A DNA stretch of 64,000 nucleotides from the NCBI GenBank assembly GCA_047495785.1, contig JBLDXI010000031.1, forward strand, positions 124,001 to 188,000, read 5' to 3'. Below are positions 37,241 to 50,707 of the stretch, in pieces. The notes under the pieces were generated by a model. It was given only the letters and a program-made list of their open reading frames with translations, was not told where the DNA came from and did no database searches. A program made the position numbers and the translations under genes. Position 1 is the first letter of the stretch. Every line of letters starts with the position of its first letter. Source of the DNA: Lepidodermella squamata (taxonomy: Eukaryota > Animalia > Gastrotricha).

Positions 37241-37952
37241 TTGGCCTGTTCGAATTACGCCGCTGAATCTCCTCTATTGTCATCCATTGAGCGTATTTAG
37301 GAAGTCTTCATTGAAAAGTAAGTTCAGCTTGCATTGAGAAGAGTTTGGTTTCGCTGAGACCTATGAAGGAGACTGGCTGCAAGCGAATACGAACCAACTT
37401 TAAATATTCAGTTCCGCACAGTGCTATCACATGGAAATTAATAAAACCGAAATAATTTGAAAACTTTGCAGACGATGATCACAATCTGGGAAAGGAAACA
37501 AACATGCAGCCGCAAAGTTTCCGTGATCAGTCAAAAAAGCTGTTTGAAAGTGTCTGGATTAAAATTAAAATTCGTCCTGATCAGGAGAATGAAATAAACA
37601 TGCAACATTTCCAAGTGCACTATGCCAGCCCAGGTGACGAGGTTTATAAGCGTATTAAATCTGGATATTGCATACTGCTACTACTATTGATTTTCCTACC
37701 AGCATTCGATATAGATTCTCGACAGTTTTCAACCCACGCTTAATCATTCAACAGATTTCTCGCGAATCCTATGCAATCGATTAGCCCCATGGTGCGAATT
37801 TCAGGGGTACTGGGGCGCAGCGACACCCCAGCTCTGGGACTCAAGCCGAAGGAAAGCTGAAGAAAACCATGGGAAACTTTGGTTTCTTCAGCTGGGTGCT
37901 AGAAATCACATAAGCTCCTGGATCCTACTTCGCATAGATTAGTCCTTGAAAT

Positions 37953-38000
37953 CTGGTCTCGTCGCTTTGGCTACTGTCTTTTACGCTGTACGCTGTAAAA
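37953..38000 (+). pseudogene. 3'-end fragment of the LDLa-CCP gene
   Basis: ctggtctcgtcgctttggctactgtctt matches the end of 35933-36769. Confidence 0.7.
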
Positions 38001-38200
38001 TCACCGGTTACTTTGATTTACTTTGAAATTGTCTCGCCCTGCATATGAAGCTCGTCTACTCATGTAAATCTTGCACTTGAGGCTACTGCAAGGTTTTTCT
38101 AGACATTTCATAGATTTTTAACATTTAACGCAGCGGTAGACAAGAACAACGGGAAATACAACTCGAGGAATATGAAAAGCAAATACAAAACACCGTTCAG

Positions 38201-39460
38201 TTAAAAGTATATTATTAAACAAGTCGCGATGTCTAAGGCCGCACAGAGCATCAATACAGTAGTAAACGTGATGCCGTCCATCAAATCGATCTTGCGCAGA
38301 TTCCATCTGGTAAATTTGCTCTCGAGGTATTTTTCCGAGTTGGTGCCGTTCGTCAGCCGACAAGTGACAAGGCAATAAATCGAAACAAACACGCCGATAG
38401 AAATTTGAACAGCGAAATTTACCTCCAGCCATATGATTTCTGCAGTGTCAGGGATACTCTCGGTAATCACTGTCATTAGCAATGATGATGAAAGGAAAAC
38501 TGTCAGCGAAAAACCGGACCGATCAGACATATCGGGCGGTAGAGCGAATACAGATAACTGAAGAATTTTCAGAAGAATCATCGGTAAAATTATAGTTGTG
38601 ATGTAGCACTCGGCTTTTCGCGCCAGAATGAAGTTGAATTTGACAAATGTATTTGAGTTTTCCAATGTTGCATTCGTTCCCATAAGGCGCCAGACATCGG
38701 CGTCAGAAAAAGCTCTGATTTCCGTATTCAACACTCCCGTGAAAGGATCACGACTTCCAAAGCCCGGGGCAGCAAATGATACCGCATGTTTCTCCAATTT
38801 TTCAGCTCCAATGTTTATCGAACAAACTTGAGTATCGAATGGGAATCTTAAATTGAGCAACAGTTTCACTCATGCTATCATTTATGTAATATACTCACTT
38901 TTTAAACCTGAGGAAACAAGTCGAATCGTATTTCGAGATGACGCTCAACGAAGCGTATCCAGTTGACTTCACTAATACTTTCTTCTGATCCGGCCTTTAT
39001 GGGAAAGAAACGAAAATGATTGAAAACTGCGTTAGGAAACTACTTACCAAAGAAAAGGATCAATGTTACCGACCCTATTAATATGGGCTATGTCCGGTAC
39101 CCATATTTCGTCCTTCACTCGATACCAGCAGAAAGCAGGTGAAGTTCCTTCTTTGGTGTTCTGCCATTTAGCGCAATTGGGAAGAAGCCATTCAATAGTA
39201 ACTTCGGCTTGCATGGAGAAGAGCTGCTCGATGTCGTCTAGACCAATGAATGATATCGGCTGTATGTTAATGTTAACTATTATTACTGAGGCGTTGCGGA
39301 TGGGTTTAGCAGTTGTGCTGCGAAGGTAAGGGCAATAGGTTTGCAGGTTTTCACAGAATTGATCATCTGGGTCCAGTTCATTCGCCTTGAATTCACCATA
39401 TTCGTCCAAGCAGCTAATTCCGCCTGCAAAGAGCAGAAAAAACAAAAGCGCAGGAGACAT
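38201..39460 (-). CDS. Divergent Cys-loop channel subunit A (3 exons, intact)
   Basis: Signal peptide; CFLRFKK|FPFDTQVC; M2 SDRSGFSLTVFLSSSLLM; short M3-M4 loop. Confidence 0.9.
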
Positions 39461-39487
39461 ACTGAAATGCTAGCCTTTGCAAACGCT

Positions 39488-39514
39488 CTATATATTGTCG
39501 ATCCCGGATATTGC
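39488..39514 (-). promoter_or_regulatory. Conserved channel-gene promoter motif GCAATATCCGGG plus TATA
   Basis: Also at 53552-53563 and 61132-61143 (exact), 58125-58136 and 55516-55530 (variants), and 52051-52058 (partial). Always shortly upstream of the channel ATG. Confidence 0.65.
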
Positions 39515-42304
39515 AATCTCCTCGCGAACTATCGTCATGATGACTGCTATTATAATGAGCTAAGGCCATTTCAGTATTTTGCTATGCAGTCTATGACAGC
39601 AGGGAAGCTTTGCCGTCGTTACTGCTAAAAACGGACAGGTGAGAAAGTTCGAGCAGCGATCTTCTGTCACATACATATATATCCGCAGCACGTCTAACAT
39701 ATGCGCAGCCACTAGCGACTAGCGTAAAGAATTGACTCACCGCATCACTTGCGCGGCAAGTTAACTGGCAGTTTTCTCAACGCTTTGCACCTGCTGAAAA
39801 TAACCATCCATGTGATATTCATAATGAAAAATGAAACCGGACCTTGCAGAGATTTCATGGCTTTCGAATAGTCGAGAAACCAAACAATATTTCCCCGATA
39901 AAGCTTAATCACAAGTTTATCAAGCCTCTTAAATTCAAAGTCTGCGTAATTTACCGAGAAACATTAAAAATTAGAATAGAACATTATAATATTCAATGGC
40001 AGAATGCAAAATATAACGGAGAAAATCGCTGTGTTGCCTTGCTGGCTGTGTTCAATCTGCTACTCGGCTCTGTGCTCGTCTTCTCGAAATCGTTGCGCCA
40101 TCAAAGGAACAGACACTCCGTTTGAAATGTTGGCTAGGAAAGCTTCATTCAAAATTTCAAATATGTAATACACTTTAACAACAATAAGTTTTCCTTTTCG
40201 CATGCCAGAATCATCATCAACGCCCCAAGCTATTTGATAACATTCTAGGCGGGTCGTTTTGTCACCTATCCCACGATATATGAAATGCAAATAGAAAAGC
40301 CGCGCAATCAAAAGAATAACAACAAACAAGTCGTGATGTCCACCCCCAAGCAAAGCGTCAGTATCACTGTAAACGTGATAGCATCTATCAAATCGATCTG
40401 ACGCAAATTCCATCTGGTAAATTTGATCTCGAGGTATTTCGCAGAGTTTGCGCCGTTCGTCAGCCGACAAGTGACAAGGCAATAAATCGAAACAAACACG
40501 CCGATAGAAATGTGAACAGTGAAATTTACCTCCAGCCATATGATTTCTGCAGTATCAGGAATATTATCGTTAATCACAGTCATCCAGTAAAAAACCATGC
40601 TAGGAAGTTAATTTGGTTCATTTTGGCAGCTTTGCGCTGAGCAAAAAGGTTTAATACGATTCAAATCACTACCCCTTGAAATTCCCCTCCTAGCCATCTT
40701 GGAGGGGAACTTTTTTCGCCCCTCCCCAATCTTCAATGATTGCGTGAACCGGAACGTTTTTAGCGACGGCGGCCGCTACTTAATTATCAGGTCTCGAGCA
40801 CGCCGCTCTCGGCGTTATCAATGAGGACAAATTGTATGCACTTGACCGCTTCTCCAAGTTAGTTAATAGGATATCTTCGGAAAAAAATATGAAAAATACC
40901 ATCGTGTAGAGCATACCCGAAAACCTTAGATGCAAAGATTTTTCCGAAAGATCGGCCTGACGGCTGATTTGTGGAGATTTTTTATTCATATAAGCAAGTG
41001 AAGATTTCATGAATATTCATAAGCCCTGACCTTCTTTAGCTGGGTCACCGCCGCCGGCATACTGATGACCTGGGTCACGGCTTTATTACGCGTGAGCTCG
41101 AAATTTTAATTTGAAATTTGATTTCTGACCTCATTTGGGCACAAGAAAAAATTCCTCACAAAATTTTCTATCGAACAGTCCAAACCCGGTATTTATCGGA
41201 TTGATCGGTTTATAACGAAACGGTTGACAATTATTCAAACGTCGAAATTTCACAAAATTAGACTCTCAACAACCAGGTATAAAATGTTAGACACGCGGTT
41301 AACACCCTTTCAGCTGCGGAATTTGTCGTGTTCAAAGTTGATTTCTAGATACGAAGGACGGCCGATTTTTTGGTACTAAAACCGCCGCGAGATTCGCTAA
41401 TTTTCCTTTGACCGCAGCGTTTTGCGCACGACTGATTTTTAGTGAAAATAAAAATTTCAATTTTGCTGACTTCCGTCAAATATTTGGACACCTTACTCCG
41501 ATGGCGCTCCAATTTGAATACACGTAAAATGTAGTAAATTATCCGCTGAATTTTTAGAGACTAGGCACGTCATCATAGGCTTCATGGTTGTCGAAATTTA
41601 AGAGGCGCGGAAAAACGCGTTTTTCAGCCTATTTTTAACGTGACGGCGGCGCGCACATACTCACTCCGAGACGATTTCTGTCAAGTTTTAAACGCTATTA
41701 CCTGTTTTGTGCGCACAAATTAATTACACTGTACCATGTAGAATTTCAAGACGAATCGAACGAGACTAGTCTCATAGTCGTAGCCATCGTAGTTTTGAAA
41801 CTATAATAGGCGCGGTTGATCCACCTTAAAATTTCGAAATTTCGATGTTTTTTTATCTTTTTTACGACGATTTGGAAGATTTTTGGCATTATATAATACG
41901 CGTGTCTAGTGCAAAATTTGACGGGCTTTCGAATAGTAAAAACCGCAGGTCAATAACTTACATCGTTCCCAGCCAGTAATCCGCGCGTTAATAACTGAGA
42001 TAAAAACATCCAAATTATCTTTTGAAATTTCAAATTATTGATTTCGGAAGATTATTAGCTGCGACAGCAGTTACAAACATAAATGAGGAGTAGGTAACAT
42101 CCTCTTTAATTTGTTAAGGTCACGCGCAAAACTTGGGATGGGCATTTTTTAAGGGTGCGTACTCTCACTATTAGCATTGTCACTTCGAATTTCGACCAAT
42201 ATGCCTTCTTGTGCACGAGATCGATGGCTCCAATCCTATACAGACAAATAAGACTAAGCACGACCTGCTAGCTTTCATAGTAGCAACGTTATTTCGGGTG
42301 TATA

Positions 42305-43517
42305 TTTTTTCATCAGCTAATTCCACGTTTTGTCAGCTAAATCCAGTTTTCGTCAGCAATACCTTTTTCTGTCAGCAACGACACTTTTTTACAGCTAAAC
42401 TACTATTTATCAGCTAATTTAACATAAATGTCATAGTTACGATTATCAACCCGTAATTTTCTGCTCTTGTACGAGGCCGCGGTCGCGGTCGTCCACCTGG
42501 TCGAACCCGTGTCACTCGTTCTGTGAGCTAGGGTGCGATCTTCGATCCCCGAGCTCCCAGCAGGGATGGAAAATAAACAATTCAATGTCTAATTAAATCA
42601 ACACGCCGCTCGTTCCATGATCTATGAACATTAATTCGTTAACTAAATGGATGTAATATTCTCTGCTTATAGTAGCTCTAGTACCGTGGTGTGGGGTAAC
42701 TTGGCCGGAAATATGGTTTTTTGAACCTAGTACGTCTCCGGTAACTTGTTTCGCTTTAAATTTTATACCAAAAAAATCTCCGTTCAATTCTCGATCGATT
42801 GGTCAAAACCCGGTCGACGACCGATAAAATCAATCGATTCTGTGGAGGTTGAAGTGATCTTGACCGAGTGGGGTCACTTGGCCGGAGCGTGGGGTAACCT
42901 GGCCGCATGGCTATTTCACTTGGCGATGAACCATCTGGCAGAAACTAGGGCGATGATTCATCACGCCCTCTCATGTCTAGGCCAAGTTTTGGTGCGCATT
43001 TCGCACATTAAAATCGGCCAAGTTACCCCACAAAATTCAGGTAATTACCACTCGCGATTGCGACATCAATTATCTGAGTTCAAGGTGTCATTTGAAAGAT
43101 ATCACCGAGAGGAATCTTTCTGTGAAATCGGCGTCTTCCTCCGATCTCAGAATTCCTTGTTATAAATGCTCAAAATCTCAGCGCCCAAAATGAACGAGTT
43201 GGTACTGACCTTCCTTGTCATTTAAAAAACGATTTTCGAAATCGGTAAAAAGGGATATGTAGCTGAGGTGGTAAGGAATGTTCAGCGTGGACAATTTATA
43301 TGCTCTATGGTTTATGCTCTTTTTAAATTAGCTAAATTAGCTTTAATTTAGTGTTTATTTAATTAGTTCTCGAATTAACTCGAAAAGTTGTATTTTAATT
43401 AAATTAGCTGATAAATAGTAGTTTAGCTGTAAAAAAGTGTCGTTGCTGACAGAAAAAGGTATTGCTGACGAAAACTGGATTTAGCTGACAAAAGGTGAAA
43501 ACTAGCTGACGAAAAAA
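42305..43517. mobile_element. Nested non-autonomous element with about 115-bp near-perfect TIRs made of (t)cagc-centred subrepeats
   Basis: 42305-42421 is the reverse complement of 43401-43517. Confidence 0.75.
42684..43041. mobile_element. Second-level nested MITE, Tc1/mariner-pogo-like
   Basis: TA-flanked. Inverted core tgtggggtaacttggccg / cggccaagttaccccaca. Confidence 0.55.
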
Positions 43518-46500
43518 CATTAATTCGTTATTTCGGTCACGAAAGTCCGAAAAAATCGAGATGACTCCAAATTCCAAAGAAAGGTCGTGGATTCGAACCC
43601 GACGTATCGTTCTTTTGCTCTGTAATTTTTTCTGTCATCCTGATTCTCGTGTTGTCGGCGTTTTCGTCATCAGCGACGTAGATTCAATAAATCCATGTCA
43701 TTTAGTTGTACTCCAATTAATTAAACAATTTTTTTGAACAATTTTAAATTCCTAAGAAAAGTCGTGGGTTCGACCTCTCGTTTTTTCTCTCTGTAAGTTT
43801 TGCTGCCATCCCAATTCTCCCATGAAAATTCGTCACTGAAGTTGCAGTTAGATATGACCGGAAATCGTGAATGCGAAATTTTGAAATTTAATTGTTTTGA
43901 TTTTTATCTCAACTTTTACCGCGTGGCTTATTGGCGTAAAAGGTATTGACTTACGGCTTTCACCATAACATTGCCCGTGAAATGTTGTAGCAGAAATGGT
44001 TCTTATACTACGGGATGATTCGGTATGGCCGTGAGAAGCGTGACAAAAACATCGAAATTTCGAAATTTCCAATTTTTATGGTGGATCGAAACACGTTCTA
44101 CCGCGCCTCATATAGGCACAAAACTATGAGTGCTACGATGATGGGCGTAGTCTCGTTTGATTGGTCTGAAATTTCGGGCCAGAAAATGGTTGAAAGTACC
44201 CCCAACTCGAGCATCCTACTTCGCACACTGCCTCGCATTGTTCTGCACAGGATGGTTGCAATTGATCTTGCGCACAAATATTGCATACAGGTCAAAAATG
44301 CAAGTGAAAAAGCCTGACTGTGAGTGCGCGCACTAAAAATATGCCATACCAAGTTTTACCGCGCGGTTAATATCGTCATAAATACGGCAGCCACAAAAAC
44401 CAGCCTGGTCTCAAAATTATTAGCTGACAATGTTCTACGCGTTAGAATCATTAATATACCAGCGTAAGTTCGCTGAATGAAAAAAATGAGAGTGCAAAGT
44501 AAGTCAACAAATTAAAAAAAAATTTGATTCCGAAATAGGGTGTGGCGTCAAATGGGTGCGTCCTGTAAATGTGGGGTTTATAATTTTTATGAGGGCGCCT
44601 CCAATTACCTATTTCTCATGAATATTCGTAAATGAATTTGCTGTTTAATAATACAGAGAATTGATGGAGCGAAATTTCAAAATTGACTGGCTTTGTTTTT
44701 TATCTCAAATTATACCGCGTGGCCCTTTGGCAAAAAACTGTGACAGGTGTTGACATGCGGTTTTCACCCCTCGAAAGCCCGTCAAATTCTTTACTAGAAA
44801 TTGTTATTTTATTACACCGGGACTATTCCTAATCGTCGTTAAACAATTCTCAAAAACGTCGAAATTTTAAAATTTTAAGGTGGATCGGCCGCGCCTACCA
44901 TAGACAAAAAACTATAATGCCTACGATCATGGGCCTAGTCTCATTCGATTCGTCTTGTAATTCTACGTCGGCGTAAGCAATGTCTATGTGCACACAAGAC
45001 TGCTGCATGTGCTTAATATTTGACCGAAATCGACCCTGAGTGAGTGTGTGAGCGCCGCCGGCGCGCTAAAAATAGGCTGAAAAACGCGATTTACCGCGCC
45101 TCTTATAGCTCCGTAACCATGAGGGCTAACTCTCCCAAGCTGCAGTAAATAACACAAGCTATCGAATAATATACGATACATATGTGAAACTTGTGTGCAT
45201 GGAGGCGCGGCTTCGCTCAAAATTTGACCCTTACAAAGGGCATGCTGTCAAATGGGTGCGCCTTGTGAACATGAGGCTTATACCGTTCGATAGAGCGCCT
45301 CGAATTGCCCATTTCTCTTAAAAATTCGCCACTGAACTCGCATTTCAATGAGCCAGAACTGAAGAAACGATATTTCGAAATTTATTGGGTTTGTTTTTTA
45401 TCACAAATTTTACCGCGAGGCTTATGGGCAAAGAACGGCAGCCGGTATCGGCTTTCAGTTTTCACCCATGGATAGCCCGTGAAATGTTGTACTAGAAATG
45501 GCTATTAAATTACGCCCGGTCGCTTCCGTATGGTCGCGAAAAAATTCACAAAAACGTCGAAATCTCGAAATTTCAAGTTTTAAGGTGGATCAAAACAAGT
45601 TATACCGCGCCTCTTATAGGCAAAAAACTATGAGGGCTACGACGATGGGCCTAGTCTCGTTCGGTTCGTCTTGAAATTCTACGTCGGCCTGTTTAAAGAG
45701 TATGTGCGCACAACGCACTGCATGTGTTTAAAATTTGACAGAAATCGAATCTGAATGAGTGTGTGAGCGCCGCCGGGCACTATAACTAGGCCGAAAAACG
45801 TGATTTACCGCGCCTATTATTGTTCAACAACCATGATGGCTGTGATAACGAGGTTGGTCTCTAAAAATTCAGCGCAAAATTTGCTAGAATTTAGGTGCAT
45901 TCAAATACGAGCGCTACCAGGATGAGGTGTCAAAAAAAATGACGAAAGTCGAAAAAATTGAAATTTTAATTTTCACTAAAAATCAATCGCGCGCTAAACG
46001 CTCTAGTCAAAGGAAATCTGGCGAATCTCGCGGCGGTTTTGATACCAAAAAATCGGCCTTGTTTTTTAGTATCTAAAAATCCGACTTGGCTACGACAAAT
46101 TCCGCACCTATCTGGGGGTTACTCGCGCCCTGAAAATTTCATGCACACTTGGTGAGGGCCACTTTTCAAGTGCGCGCAACTTGTAAATTCAATAGAAAAT
46201 GGGCGTAGTCTCGTTCTATTCCTCGCATTGTTCTGCACAGGATGGTTGCAATTAATCTTGCGCACAAATAAAAAAACACAGGTAAAAAAAAGCAAGTGAG
46301 TGGGCGCACTGAAAATATGGCTATCCAAGTTTTACCGCGCGATGAATATCGTCATAAATACGGCGGCCACAGAGACCAGCCTGGTCTCAAAATTGTTAGC
46401 TGACAATGCTCTACGCGTTAGAATCATTAATACACCAGCGTAAGTTCGCTGAATGAAAAAATGAGAGTGCAAAGTTGGTCAACAAAATTAAAAAAATTTG

Positions 46501-49500
46501 ACTTTGACAAGGGGTGCGGTGTCAATAGGGTGCACCCTGTGAATGTGGGGCTTATACCATTTTAAAGGGCGGCTCGAGTTACCTAGTTTTCATCAAAATT
46601 CGTCGCTGATTACCCGGAATTAAAGAAACGAAATTTCAAAATTTACGTGCTCTGTTTTTTATCTCATAATATACTGCGTGGCCTATTGGCAAAGAACTAT
46701 GATAGGTGTTAACATGCGGTTCTCGCCGCTCGAAAGCCCGTCAAATTGAAATGTTCGTTTTATTACACCGGGACTATTTCTAATCGTCGTGAAAAAATCT
46801 CAAAAACGGAAAAATTTCGAAATTTTAAAGTGGATCGGCCGCGCCTACTATAGACAACAAACTAAGAGGTCTACGACGATGCGCCTAGTGTCGTTCGATT
46901 CGTCTTGAAATTCTACGTCGGCCTATATAATGTCTTTGTGCGCACAAAACTGCTACGCGTGTCGAAAATTTAACAGAAAACGGCTCTCAGTGAGTGTGTG
47001 AGCGCCGCCGCGCACTAAAAATGGGTTGAAAACGCGATTTGCCGCGCCTTCTATTGCTCGACAACCATAAGCCCTACGATTATGCGGTTGGGCTCTAAAA
47101 ATTCAGCGCAAAATTTGCTACATTCCAGGTGTATTCAAACATGAGCGCTACCAGGGTGAGATGTCAAAACAATTAGCGAAACTCGAAAAAATATATAATT
47201 TGATTTTCACTAAAAATAAATCGCGCGCAAACTGCTTTAGTCAAAGGAAATCTTGCGAATCTCTCAGCGGTTTTGGTACCAACAAATCGGCCATCTTTTC
47301 TACTATCTAAAAAACCGACTTTGTCAAGACAGATTCCGCACCTATCAGGGTGTCACACGCGCCCTGAAAATTTCACACACCGGGTATAACGACCAGCCTG
47401 GTCTCAAAATGGCCAGCGGACTTTGCTCTAAGCGTTGACATCATAAAGGTATTAGCGCGAACTAGCCATACCACTGAAATGAGAGTGTAAAGTAAGTTGA
47501 CAATATAAAAAAATTTGACTTTGTCAAGGGCGGTTCGTCAAATGGGTGTGCCCTGTGAACATGTGGCGTCTACCATTCAATAGAGCGTCTCAAGTTACTT
47601 CTATCTCATGATTATTCGTCACTGAAGTTGCGGGTAAATATGACCTGGATTTGTAGAAGAGAAATTTCGAGATTTACCAATTGTGTTTTTTATCTCATAT
47701 TTTACCGCTCGGCTTATTGGCAAAAAACTGTGAGAGGCATCGACATGCGGTTTTCACCGTTCGAAAGCCTGTCGAAGGTTGTACTAGGAATGGTTGTTTT
47801 GTTTCAACGGGTCTCTTCCAAACCGTCGAGAAAAAATTCACAAAAACAACGAAATTTCGAAATTTTAAGGTGGATCGACCGCGCCTCCTATAGGCACAAA
47901 ACTATGAGGGCTACGACGATGATCTTAGGCTTGTTCGATTGGTCATGAAATTCTACGTCGACCAGTGTTATTTTGATATGCGCACAGAACTGCTGCATGT
48001 GTCCAAAATTGGACAGAAACCGACTCTCCGTGAGTGTGTGAGCGCCGCCGCGCACTAAAAATAGGCTTAAAAACGCGATTTACCGCGCCTCCTATAGCTC
48101 CAAAACCATAAGGGCTACGATAGCGCGGTTGGTCTCTAAAAATTCAGCGCAAAATTTGCTACTCTCTACGTGCAATTAAACATGAGCGCTACCCGAGTGA
48201 GGTGTCAAAAAAATTGACGAATTGAAATTTTAATTTTCACTAAAAATCAATCGCGCGCAAAACGCTATAGTCAAAGGAAATCTTGCGAATCTCGCGGCGT
48301 TTTTGGTACCAAAAATTCGGCCGTCCTTCCTAGTATCTAAAAAACCGACTTTGTCACGATAAATTATGCACCTATCTGGGTGTCACACGCGCCTTGAAAA
48401 TTTCACACACAGTGAGTGAGCGCCACTTTTTCATGTACGCGCAACTTGTAAATTCGATAGAAAATCAACCGTTTATCGCCTATCAACAAACTTTAGACTG
48501 TTCGATGCAGAATTTTTCGCAGAATGTCACTGATGCAGCCCTCCCCCCAGGGAGGGCCGCCAAACCGGCTTAAAGTTGAAATTTTGAAGAGTCACACAGC
48601 AACGACCCCGCTCTCGCGTGTGAGGTAACTAACCTCGGTCATGAGGGTGCCGGTAACCGTGACCCAGACGGCGGCGTAAGCAGCTCATGAATATTAATGA
48701 GCAGTTGGGTAGTTTTTTATGAATAAAAATTCGCCAAAAATTAACCGCCCGATGAAAACAGCTGGAAAGTTTTTATACAGAGGTTTAAAAAAAGATCTAT
48801 CTACGACTTATTTTTCCATATTTTTATCGTTAAAATTCGTTCCCCTAGCTTCGTTTTTCGTCCAGCGCAAAACGCCTCTACCATTGTCGCCTCGACCGGC
48901 GAAGTTGAGAGAGAGGCGCTGGACCTCCGGTTCAGGCTGCGGCTCCGCCGCTAGGGGAACCCTATCGGGTTGGTTCGCGCAATCATCAAGAGGGATGAGG
49001 ACAGGAAAACCGTTAACGAGAAAACAGATCGATCAGACATATCAGCGGGTAGTGTGAATACAGATAGCTGGAGAATTTTCTGAAGAATCATCGGTAACAA
49101 TATTGTAGTGATGTAGCATTCGGCTTTACGGGCCATGATGAAGTTGAACTTGACCAATTTATCCGAGTCATGCCGTGTTGCATTCGTTTCTAGCAGCCGC
49201 CAAACATCCGCGTCGGAGAACTCCGTCATTCCATGGTTAATCTTCCCTGTCATTGGATCTGGACTTCCGAAAGCCTGCCGATTAAAGATAACTGCGTATT
49301 TCTCGAACCTCTCGGTGGCTATATCTACCGAGCAAACTTGTGTATCGAAAGGGAATCTTCAAAATGAAGAAATATTTCACTGATGTGTTTCGCGATGTGT
49401 GCTCACTTTTTAAATTTGAGGAAACATGTCGAATCGTATTTCGAAATGACACTCAAAGATGCAACCCCCTTGAATGTCACAAATGCCTTTTTCTGATCAA

Positions 49501-50707
49501 CCCTATGCAATCAAACTTCAAAATAATAGGTAATATAACAAATACGAATTAGGTACCATTGGAATGGATCAATATTGCCGATCCTATTGCTGTGCGTCAA
49601 TTGTGGCGCCCAAATGTCATCTTTCACTCGATAGCTGCAGAGTGTTGGAATTCGCGGAGAAGTCGCATTCCATGCAGCACATGTAGGAAGCTGCCAATAA
49701 ACTGAAACTTCGGCTTGTATTGAAAACAGTTGCTCGGTATCGCTGATAGCGAAGAATGATATTGGCCGAAGGCGTACAATTACTCTTATTCTCTCACTGT
49801 TGAGCATAGGTTCAGTAGCATTGCGAAGATATGGGCAGATGGTTTGCAGTATTTTACAGAATTCGTCCCTTGGACCTAATCCAGCCGCCTCGGATTCATT
49901 AGACAATATCAGACGACAAGTCACGCCTGCGAATATCAGAAGAATGAAGTTGAAAGGCGACATCTCATATTACAAAATCGCAGCACAGACGGCGAGCTTG
50001 TATGTGCTTAGTGAATCCACTCTCATTGCATACTCCTGTCGTTGGTTCCCAATCGGTGCTGCCATACGGATGTTTGTTTAAGCTAGGTGGCAACGTTAGC
50101 GCAAACTATTCATTTTTCCTACGAAGGCTCGATGAAATTTGTTCTTCCGGCTTGTCAATTTGAGCTTGAATGCAAGGCTTTTTTGACAGTGGTGTTTAAC
50201 AGCAACAATTACTATTCCATTGGTTTTGCGCGAGTATGACAGCCTACTGTTAATAAAAATTTCATCTGAATACGGTGGTTTTTTAGATTTCCGAATAAAT
50301 CCCTATCGTGCTCATTTCTGAGGAATAATGTAGCTCAGTATCCGCTGTTTCCCAGTTGAAAACATTGTGTTGAAATAGCCAATAGTTTATAGCAAAAGCT
50401 ACGTCCCATTTTAACCGATGATTTTATATATGATTGCTTGTCGATAGAGGAGGGCTTCTAGTATTCCGTTAAATTTATTTGAAATCTTTGGGAAATAAAA
50501 GATTTTCTCTGGGAATTTTAGAAAATAATTAAAAATCGGAAAAATTACTATGGGCGGATGGGGCGATGAGGGAATGAAAATGAAGGTCGCGTGCCCACTT
50601 TTTCATGTTTTGGTGTGAATTTATTTACTATAGGAAGATCGCTAGTTTCCGATCTGTATAGAGTTGTCTATGATGTAAAACATCAAGCAGAGCGTTACAG
50701 CATACAG

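Larger units (their letters stand above)
40585..48982. mobile_element. About 8.4-kb non-coding foldback-like element with long degenerate inverted ends and internal 0.7-1.25 kb repeats
   Basis: atgattgcgtgaacc at 40736 mirrors ggttcgcgcaatcat at 48986, with scattered inverted matches over more than 400 bp. Repeat anchor (g)gtggatc..ccgcgcct at about 44080, 44879, 45584, 46829 and 47869, inverted at about 41817. Confidence 0.8.
40308..49963 (-). pseudogene. Cys-loop channel subunit B, split in M2 (5' part 49963-48983, 3' part 40584-40308)
   Basis: The 5' part ends FLSSSLLM and the 3' part resumes MTVINDNIPDTAEIIW, exactly complementary by alignment to paralog A. tcatc is present at both junctions. 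Confidence 0.85.

Noticed and set aside
25776-39470. Acceptor-like AG just before several ATGs as evidence of SL trans-splicing
   Set aside because: TATA boxes lie close upstream in several genes and short 5' UTR introns explain the rest; not decidable without transcripts.
43850-48450. Repeat array as a CRISPR array or protein-coding repeats
   Set aside because: Units are 0.7-1.25 kb and degenerate, with no short repeat-spacer structure. The ORFs are short and not conserved in frame between units.
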